A stretch of 64,000 bases of DNA from Anolis carolinensis (Eukaryota). Position numbers and translations under genes: made by a program. The stretch lies in the NCBI RefSeq assembly GCF_035594765.1, contig NC_085843.1:227703971-227767970 (forward strand). Reading direction: 5' to 3'. This document shows, one piece after another, positions 55,487 to 64,000 of the stretch. Below the pieces are notes generated by a model that saw only the letters and a list, made by a program, of their open reading frames with translations, was not told the DNA's origin and searched no databases. The stretch's first letter is position 1; each line of letters starts with the position of its first letter.

Positions 55487-58400
55487 ACCTGATGGCCTTC
55501 TAGAATGTATGTGGTTATGCCCCAGTCCCATTGGGACTTACATTTGAGTAGGCATATTTATAATTGCTTTATTATTATCACTTTTTTAATGTAAATGACA
55601 CAACACTAAGCTATAGAAAAGGAAACACATACCCCAAAGTAAGTAAATTCTTTTTGAGTGGTCAAGTTCTATAAGTTACAGTTGTTACCTATGGTGCTGT
55701 GCAAGTCTGGCATACAGATGGAATTAGTAAATAAAAAGAAAAGGTATTGAGAAAATAAGTATTTATGCAAATCTCAAAAACAAATGAAAATGAAAACTGA
55801 ATGGGAAAATTAAATTGCAGCCCTGCTTTTTTTGCAAATGCAATACTCTTTAAGGGAAATTACAAGAATTGTGGGACTCTTTCTGCACCTTCAAATCTAT
55901 CTTCTATTGCTGGTTTTACTTCTGAGGAGTATGCCAAAAAGGACAAGGCATGACCATTTAGAATCCCAGATTATTTAGTGGCACCACTATTTTGGATGAT
56001 ACAGCTGGTGATATAGCTTAGTCCTAATTCAACAATCTGTTGTGATACAGCGCCTACTACTTAGCTGCAGACATTGTGTTCCCATGATAATTTTCCAAGT
56101 CTTGAATTGGGTTGCATTTTTCCTGTCACCCTGTGTAATTGATATACTTTCAAGGAGCAATGCAACTTTTTGTGCTGCTACCATTGTTACAGGACCTTTA
56201 TAGATTAGATTTTTTATGATTATTTTTATAAAGCATCTCAGCCAACTGTACAACTGAATAGGAACTCCAGTTCACCAATGCACTGAAAATGTCAATAAAA
56301 GACATTCTGAATCCATGTCTTAAAATACAAATAAAACAATGAAATCTTCATCTGCAGACATATTAACTTTCAAATGCCTTTTAAATAAAAGGTCATGGAT
56401 TCAATACTCAAAACCCTGTGCCCATCAGAGAGTGGACTGGTAATAAGCAAGCTCTTGGGAGGTGGGAGACTAGTTTAGGTGCCAGACACAGACTAGGAAT
56501 AGCTAGGAAGCAGGAAGAAGAAAGGAAATGATATTGTCTTGCAAAAAGCCTTCTGGCTGTGCGATTAGTATAGTTAATGCAGCAGAACAAATGTCTGGCA
56601 CTCGATAGTGAAACACATCATTTTGAGGGTGTGGGTAGCAGAGTGTATCTTCTTTGTAGCCTAAATTGTTAGTTACATTTTTACTGGTAACTCTCTGGGA
56701 CTAAAGCCCACAAGTTTGGGGTATAGCTCACTGGGGGCTTTCAGTTGGCTGGGGCCAGGGAAAGGGGAAGAATAAACTGATACATGAGTAAAACATTACT
56801 CAAACACCATTCTGATAACTTAGAATGAAGGGATGTAAATCCTGACTTATTTCATCTTCATGCACGAAATGAGATAACTTTAAAACTTCTCAGTGTGAAC
56901 CACTCTGAGACATCAAGTCTTTGATGTTCTTAATGGCTTTGGAGAAAACAAATGAATTTCCATAAATTCCTGTAAAATCTGCAGTATTGGAAAACTGTTG
57001 CTTTGTAGTTAAATCAGTGGCATTGGATGGGCATGTTTGTGATCAATCAAATTGTCTTGTTGTGCTTGCTTTGCATGTCTTTCCTTACTTTCACCAATGA
57101 GAAAGGCAGTAGTTGGGTTCTTTATTATACAAAGTTAAATATTTTACAAATTGCAACATTTACAGGAAAATCATTTCCATCTCGGTTATGTACAGGAGGG
57201 GGGTTGATTCATAAACACAGAAAATTGCAGTTGTGCCCTACTGCAATGATGAAACAACTAGTCTTGCCTAGAACCTTGGGAGTGATAATTCTTCTCATGC
57301 CAATGCAAGTGTCATCATCAAATGGATCCAGATCTTCAATTCATTTGCACTAAAATAAATATAATGAATTATTATTCTTAGAAATGCTTCAGGGGTATTT
57401 AGTGAAGATCGCTCTCACCATGAAATCATATAAAAAGAACTCAGAAACCATCAATAAATATTGAAAGTAGGCTATCAGAATGCAACACAGCAGTTAACTG
57501 CACTATCACTGTCCAGTGGCATATCAGTGAAATTTCAATGATGCCATGCTACAACTACTAGCATTCAACTTCAAATTGTCCTAAGGAAACCGCCAGAGGG
57601 TGGCAAAGAGCTACACTGTGACCATTCAAACATTGTTTAGCTATTTTACCACATAGAGTTCATGTGCTGCTCCAAAATGATGAAAACATCACCTACAAGA
57701 CATATCTTTGCCCCATCAAGGAAACCTTCTCCTCCATCCTGGACAATTCCTGTATGAAAGTCTGAGGAGGTCCGTTTCCTTTTCTATTCTGATTCATAGC
57801 ATTATTATTGATTGGAAAATATCTACCTTGCATCACATTCAAAAACAGTTTTCCTCCTCCAGAGACAGTAAGAACTATAGTGTCAAAATGGTAATTCTGC
57901 CATCAGGCCTGTTTTCTAGAGTGAAAATCTTAAATCATTGACCAAGTAAAGTAGGGTCATTAGTTTGAGTAAAAACCCATTCTGCTTCTAAAGTAGATAT
58001 CATTGCTATGGGATATATTCATTGATGATGGACTTATGAAATGAAATTTAATATAATTCCTCAAAGCACAAATTTATATGACAAGTTAAAATTCAAATTC
58101 TATGTGGAATGGTATACAAAGGTATCTCCATCACTTTTGAGACTAAGACTCATCACACTTACTAAAACAAGCACCCTAGGACTCTTTGAGCCTTTTTTGG
58201 GAATGGAGCTCCATGCCAGCCATCACATGGCACCATGTGATTTCTGGCGGAGACCCTATTCCCAACTGGGATGGAAGCATCCTTAGATGCTTCCCCCTAA
58301 ACACAGGAGTCTTCTTGTGTTGTGCTGGCTCCAATGGAGCCAGCATGCTTCTGCCCTGTATAGGCAATGTTTCCCCCGTGTGATGGGGGAAGCATCACTG

Positions 58401-58588
58401 GACCAGCAATGGGGTGATGGATTCATGCCTCATGCCTGCTATTTCACTACAAATGCTGGCGAGATGACATGGGGGGGGGGGCTCACCCGTGTGGTAAGGT
58501 GGTAACTGTGAGAGAGCAGTAGGTAACTTATACTACATCATTAGATTCATGGAGTGAAGTTCCAAGGACCAGATCTTTATGAACATGC

Positions 58589-58591
58589 TAT

Positions 58592-58626
<35 letters not shown>

Positions 58627-58834
58627 CAGCATTTATATTCCGCCCTTCTCACCCTGAAGGGGACTCAGGGCAGATCACATTACACATATAGGCAAACATT
58701 CAGTGCCTTTTAACATAGAACAAAGACAAGACAAACATAGGCTCCGAGTGGGCCTCGAACTCATGACCTCCTGGTCAGAGTGATTCATTGCAGCTGGTTG
58801 CAGCTGGCTTTCTCTCCAGCCTGCGCCACAGCCC
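58589..58834 (-). mobile_element. tRNA-headed SINE with L2-type tail (short form)
   Basis: Minus strand GGGCTGTGGCGCAGGCTGG...GAGTTCGAGGCCC...GCCCTGAGTCCCCTTCAGGGTGAGAAGGGCGG...(TAAA)n. Confidence 0.88.
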
Positions 58835-60262
58835 TATTTGTGTGAATAGCAATAGAAATACAAAACATGTGGGTATGATGATGAGGCAAAAAACCCAGTT
58901 TTAATTATGGTTGTTGGGCAGAAAGAGAGATGTTGCCTAAAGCCAGGGTGACTTGAAGGGTTTGGACTCCCAGGTTGACCTTCCAGAAGGCCACTTGGAG
59001 ACAAAACCCAGCTTTTAGGTTCTTTCTGGGGCTCAGGTGTTTTTATCCAGGGAAGCTAGAGATGTATGGAAAATACCAACTACCCCAGATGTTCCCGCAC
59101 TAGGTTGCACCCCACCTTTTGCACATCTCAGGAGATGAATTAAATAGGCTACAGTTTAAATGAAGTGGAATAGATTTCAATCAGTGTGTGGTTTCATTTT
59201 GTCGTTGTTGGTCAGCAATATATGCAAAACTTTGTAATATAGATCTTCATACAAAATTGTCCAAAATATATTAACACATATTTTGAGGGACTATTTTTGT
59301 ATTTTACTAAAAAAAAAAGTCTAACAACACCCTTTGTAATCTAATTAATCAACCAACATGAATAGATGTAACTGTAAGAATTTGCTGAAGAAAAAAACAG
59401 AAAAGCTAATTCTGATTTTCACTAGAATAAATCATATTGGATTCAATAGGGATGAAATTGCCGATTTTAAAAGAAAGAATAGATTCAAAGAATCAGCAAC
59501 CAGATTCCTTTTGCAAATTTCTTTTTACCAGGTTTCTTCAGACAGCTCAGTTTTCAAAAATGACATTCAGATTAGTATAACTGATATGCAAAAGTTTTCC
59601 CGTTTATGATTATTTTGACAAAAGCATAGTGTGCAACAATATTAGGTTGTTAAGGGGGATGTCTAGACCTGGACAGGATTGCCACTGGATTTTGGTAAAC
59701 TGCCATCCTAGTTCACCAAAGATTTGCTAAGGCAGTACTGAAATGTTCTGTTCTATACTGGCTCAAACAGAACTGAACAGTGTCCTGAACTGAAATGAGT
59801 TTACTGTGTTGTCAAAATTTTGCAAAAATAAAAGGAGGATTGAAGTTATTATTGGAAATCCTATCACGCCACCACCCTCTATCCAAATTATGTCCAGTTA
59901 TGACATATACTCATATGAAGAATAAAGGCAAAAGCCACAATTATTTAACATTTTAAGTATGAAAAAAAAGATTGGATCAGAGGGAAAGAAGCAAAGCTAA
60001 TTCTAATCAGAATCCAGCCTTCCTAAGAATGAAAGATTCTTCAATAACTTTAATTGACTCTGATCAAATGTTTTTTTCTAATTAGTCATTTTCAAAAAAT
60101 TTATTTTAAAAAATCAAAACTTTGCAACACTATCAAGCAAACATGGACAAACAATATAGGAGCAGAGCATTGAATACAGTCACTCACTATTGCACCAAGC
60201 TAAACATGATTATTAATGAACTAAGACCATCATTAATAAGCTAGAGGTCATATTTAGTCAAC

Positions 60263-60263
<1 letters not shown>

Positions 60264-60347
<84 letters not shown>
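60264..60347. repeat. compound (CT)n(AT)n microsatellite
   Basis: Direct observation; abuts the gypsy LTR. Confidence 0.95.
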
Positions 60348-60351
<4 letters not shown>

Positions 60352-60650
60352 AGCTCACCACAGCCGCTCCTGAATGAACACACAAGACTCTCTGTGATAT
60401 CACCCGAAACTTTTACTGTAGGAAACATGAACATCAGAAAAGCCAAGAATGGGAGGCTCCGGCCAACCATCCTTTATATACCCTCCCCCTCATTTGAAAA
60501 GTCTCTTCCCGCTCAGCAAAACCCCGCGCAAATTCCCCGCCAAGTCCAGCAGCCGTTTCTTCTCCGAGTCCTGAGCCGCAGGTGTCTTATCAATGTCAGT
60601 GACCCTGAAACTCAGAGCCACATCCAGGCTCTAGTAGCAGGGTTCTGACA
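60348..60650 (-). repeat. gypsy 3' LTR (303 bp)
   Basis: 6-bp inverted termini TGTCAG/CTGACA; minus-strand TATATAAAG (about 60472-60480) upstream of AGTAAA; lies downstream of the PPT. The partner LTR is not in the window. Confidence 0.85.
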
Positions 60651-60696
60651 TGGCGTCCTCCTCCCCTTCGTCCTGGAAGGAAAAGATTAAACACAA

Positions 60697-63600
60697 CTAT
60701 TGTTCTCCGCTGTCCAGAGTTCCTTTATACTTTTTTAACAGGCTGCAATGGAATACCGGGTGTACCTTTCCTAGGTCCTTGGGTAGCCTCAGCTCATAGG
60801 TCACTTCGTTTATTCTTTTTGCTACCCTGAACGGCCCTATATAGCGTGGAGCCAATTTTTTAGATGGGAACCCCAATTTCAGGTTTTTTGTGCTCAGCCA
60901 AACCAGATCCCCTTCGCCCAATTTGTCCCCCTCTCGGCGCCTACGATCTGCAAAGAGCTTGTACTTCTTTTGTGTTTCCCGCAATGCCTCCACCACGGTC
61001 TGCCACCCTTGCTTAATTTTGGCCGGCCATTCCTTGTCGGTCTGGCCCTCTCCTTCCTTCCACTCGGGTAGCCTGGGGAAAGGTGCCACCTCCTGTCCGT
61101 ATACTATTTCGAATGGGGCACGACCTGTGGCCGAATGTACGGCCCCGTTAAAAGCCATCTCAGCAAACGGTAGAAGGTCCGCCCAATCGTCCTGTCTATA
61201 ATTGGTGTACATCCTTAAGAATTGGCACAGTGTCTGTTGGGTACGTTCGACCCCCCCGTTGGTCGCGGGATGAAAGGCCGAGCTCAGGTTCCTTTCTGCT
61301 CCTAACAGCTGTAAGAATTTTCCCCAAAATTTTGCAGTAAATTGGACTCCCCGGTCGCTAATTATTTTGTCGGGACACCCATGTAGGCGATATACATGCT
61401 TCACATACAAATCAGCAAGTTTTTCAGCTGAAGGGAGTTTCGGCAGGGCCACAAAGTGTGCCTGTTTTGAGAATAGGTCCAATATTGTCCAAATGTATCT
61501 GTGGCCTCTGCTGGGGGGTAGTTCGCCTACAAAATCCATGGCCACGCATTCCCATGGCCTCATGGGCTCCACCACCTTCTGCAATAGCCCCTGGGGCTTC
61601 CCCGGTGGTGTTTTTCCCTCTGCACATACTTCACACTGCGTGACGTACCCCCTGGCGTCTTTCCTCATTCCGGGCCACCAGCATTGTTTGGCCAACAGTT
61701 TAATAGTCCTGGTGGGGCCTAGATGACCCGCACCCTTGTTATCGTGGCACTTCCTTAACATTTCTCGTCTTAAACATTCAGGAATATACAATTTCTTATT
61801 TACAAACACCAAATCCCCACACAATTCTCCCTTTTCCTTGTTAGTTTGTAACCATTTGTCCATTCCATACGCTCGCTTCAACTCTTCCTCCCATATTTCT
61901 CCTCCCCCCGTGGAAATGGCAGTACGTTTGTTTTCTTTGGCCGCTTGTGCTCGAGTTAGTACTGCCAGGCCCCATTGCTTATCTAGGAACAGGCTCCCTT
62001 CAGATTCCTGAATTCCTCCCCCGTGCTGAGGCATCCGAGAGAGAGCGTCAGCGAGTATGTTATGTTTCCCCTGGAAGAATCTGAGTCTGAAATCAAAACG
62101 GCTGAAATATTGGGCCCATCTAATTTGCTTCGCCGATAGTTTACGAGGGGATCTTAGATACTGTAAATTTCTATGATCAGTCCACACCTCAAACGGTGTT
62201 CCACTTCCTTCCAGAAAGTGTCTCCAGCACTCTAGTGCTTTTAGAATAGCTAAGGCTTCTCTCTCCCAAATTGGCCAGTTTTTTTCTGTATCGCTAAACT
62301 TTTTTGACAGATAGCCACATGGCTTCAGGTTCCCCCCCTCGTCTTTCTGTAGCAGAACTGCCCCATATGCCCGGTCTGACGCATCGCAATGTAATACAAA
62401 GGCTTTAGACATATCAGGGTGCTGTAGGACAGGCTCCTCAGTAAAACGCTTTTTAAGGGCTTCGAAAGCTTCCTGGCCTTCTATTGTCCAGGTCAGTTTG
62501 GCCCCTGGGGCCTTCACTTTGGCTGTTTCTCCCCTGCCTTTAGTCTTTAACAAATCCGTTAATGGCAAAGTGAGGCGCGCAAAGTCCTTGATAAATGTTC
62601 TATAGAAGTTTGCGAACCCTAGGAAGGATTGCAGCTGCTTCCGTGTTTTGGGGGCTTCCCACCCCCTCACGTCTTCTACCTTCGCAGGGTCCATCGCCAC
62701 TCCCTGGGAGGAAATCCTATACCCCAGAAAGTCTATCTGGTCTTTATTGAACTCGCACTTGGCAAGCTTCGCATACAGTTTTGCTTCTCTCAACTTTTGC
62801 AGGACTTCCCTGACTAGTTCTATGTGTTGCTCCTTAGTCCGAGATATTATCAATATGTCATCTAAAAAAACAAAGACTCCCTTGTACAACAATGGATGCA
62901 ACACTTCGTTGATTAATTGCATGAACGCGGCACCTCCGCCGCACAAACCGAAGGGGAGCACACGATAATTGAATAATCCGAATGCACAGGAGAAGGCCGT
63001 CTTCCACCTGTCCTCTGGTTTGATCTGCAATTTATGGTACGCTTCAATTAAGTCCAATTTAGTGAATATCTGTCCCTCCGATAACTGGGCGATCAAGTCC
63101 TTCACTAAGGGTAGGGGGTATTTATTTACAGAACTGATTGCATTCAGGCCCCTGTAGTCAATGCAGAGCCTCAGCGTTTGGTCCTTTTTCCGCCTGAACA
63201 ACACAGGCGCCCCTAAAGGGGAATTTGAAGGCTCTATGAAACCCCTCGCTAGGTTTTTATCAATGTATTTTCTCAGTTCCTCCTTTTCCCTAGCCGACAT
63301 TGGGTATATTTTTGCCTTGGGAAGCTCTGCTCCTGGGACTAGCTCTATCTTCACTTCAACTCTCCGCTTCGGTGGGAAATTGTCTGCTTCCTTCTCATCA
63401 AATACGTCCACAAAATCCCGATACTCTGGGGGTAATTTATCTGCCAGTTCTGCTATCCTGATAGAGTCTTCCTCCCCCCTTTTCCCCGGCTCCCTCTCCA
63501 CTTCCTGGTTCCCTTCTTCCAACTTCATCCTGAAGATCATGCTCTTATCCTCCCAGTTGATTTGCGGGTTGGCCTGCCCCAGCCATGGCATGCCTAGTAT

Positions 63601-63957
63601 AACATTATAGCTGGCTATTTGTGATATCACAAATGACACCTTTCCTTCCCAACTCCCTATCTTACACTTTACATCTTCGGCACTGTACTTAGCTAATGAT
63701 CCCGATGCTGTGGATCCGTCCAACTGCGAAAAAGCTATTGGGGATTCTAGGTTCGTTCTTTCGCATCCCAATCCCTCGGCTAATTCAGGGGAGATGATGT
63801 TCCTGGAACATCCACAATCCACAAATGCTCTGCAGGTTGCTTGTTTGCTGCCACTTTCAAGCTGAATGGGGACCACTATCATGGCTTTGTCCTGACTTAC
63901 CAACCCCCCCGAGTGGTGCCTCATCGGTGGTTCTTCCTCGGCGCGTTTCCCTGCCAC
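60697..63957 (-). CDS. pol: gypsy Pol polyprotein (protease, RT, RNase H, integrase)
   Basis: FVDCGC..ILGMPWL (protease); RLCIDYRGLN, LPFGL, FLDD (RT); HCDASD..EREAL..TDHRNL (RNase H); H..GH..CEVC, AMDFV, SDRGVQF, VERTQ, YIGPF, HPVFH (integrase). The frame stays open to the window edge, so the true start is not defined. Confidence 0.96.
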   Translation of the reverse strand: MAGKRAEEEPPMRHHSGGLVSQDKAMIVVPIQLESGSKQATCRAFVDCGCSRNIISPELAEGLGCERTNLESPIAFSQLDGSTASGSLAKYSAEDVKCKIGSWEGKVSFVISQIASYNVILGMPWLGQANPQINWEDKSMIFRMKLEEGNQEVEREPGKRGEEDSIRIAELADKLPPEYRDFVDVFDEKEADNFPPKRRVEVKIELVPGAELPKAKIYPMSAREKEELRKYIDKNLARGFIEPSNSPLGAPVLFRRKKDQTLRLCIDYRGLNAISSVNKYPLPLVKDLIAQLSEGQIFTKLDLIEAYHKLQIKPEDRWKTAFSCAFGLFNYRVLPFGLCGGGAAFMQLINEVLHPLLYKGVFVFLDDILIISRTKEQHIELVREVLQKLREAKLYAKLAKCEFNKDQIDFLGYRISSQGVAMDPAKVEDVRGWEAPKTRKQLQSFLGFANFYRTFIKDFARLTLPLTDLLKTKGRGETAKVKAPGAKLTWTIEGQEAFEALKKRFTEEPVLQHPDMSKAFVLHCDASDRAYGAVLLQKDEGGNLKPCGYLSKKFSDTEKNWPIWEREALAILKALECWRHFLEGSGTPFEVWTDHRNLQYLRSPRKLSAKQIRWAQYFSRFDFRLRFFQGKHNILADALSRMPQHGGGIQESEGSLFLDKQWGLAVLTRAQAAKENKRTAISTGGGEIWEEELKRAYGMDKWLQTNKEKGELCGDLVFVNKKLYIPECLRREMLRKCHDNKGAGHLGPTRTIKLLAKQCWWPGMRKDARGYVTQCEVCAEGKTPPGKPQGLLQKVVEPMRPWECVAMDFVGELPPSRGHRYIWTILDLFSKQAHFVALPKLPSAEKLADLYVKHVYRLHGCPDKIISDRGVQFTAKFWGKFLQLLGAERNLSSAFHPATNGGVERTQQTLCQFLRMYTNYRQDDWADLLPFAEMAFNGAVHSATGRAPFEIVYGQEVAPFPRLPEWKEGEGQTDKEWPAKIKQGWQTVVEALRETQKKYKLFADRRRREGDKLGEGDLVWLSTKNLKLGFPSKKLAPRYIGPFRVAKRINEVTYELRLPKDLGKVHPVFHCSLLKKYKGTLDSGEQ

Positions 63958-64000
63958 GGCTCTTGGTTTGGGCGGGCCTCCGCCTTCCCCTTTTCTCTGC

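Larger units (their letters stand above)
60348..64000 (-). mobile_element. Ty3/gypsy LTR retrotransposon (sushi-like); 5' part lies outside the window
   Basis: Intact PR-RT-RH-IN ORF, PPT AAGGGGAGGAGG (60657-60668) and a TGTCAG...CTGACA LTR. Confidence 0.95.

Noticed and set aside
57590-57605. CTCF-like motif CCGCCAGAGGGTGGC (and a weaker one near 33108-33123)
   Set aside because: Mismatches at core positions; such matches are expected by chance in 64 kb.
60651-60660. TGGCGTCC after the LTR looks like a plus-strand PBS
   Set aside because: pol is on the minus strand and a purine tract lies here on that strand, so this is the PPT side of the 3' LTR.

Overview
AT-rich vertebrate genomic DNA dominated by transposable elements. 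The repeat content (Sauria SINE, L1, L2, CR1, RTE, Rex1, R4, Penelope, non-autonomous Helitron, hAT/Tc1-mariner/Harbinger MITEs) points to a squamate, most likely an Anolis-type lizard; this is inferred from recognised repeat families, not from a search. I recognised no host protein-coding exon, tRNA or rRNA gene. Four large young retroelements lie on the minus strand: (1) a full-length L1 (11124-17510) with two intact ORFs and a 21-bp target-site duplication (TSD); (2) a complete Ty1/copia element (36829-41911) with identical 284-bp LTRs, a 5-bp TSD, a tRNAiMet-half primer site and one frameshift in gag; (3) a 5'-truncated RTE (46819-49651); (4) a Ty3/gypsy element (60348 to the window edge) with intact pol and a PEG10-type G_GGA_AAC candidate -1 frameshift site. 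Other notable structure: a Penelope fold-back carrying a minimal hammerhead ribozyme, a Helitron present as both a cargo-laden 2.1-kb copy and a ~175-bp core, a Tc2/pogo-like TIR pair enclosing 8.7 kb of nested elements including the copia, and many long inverted repeats. Family names come from motif recognition and should be confirmed against Dfam/Repbase.
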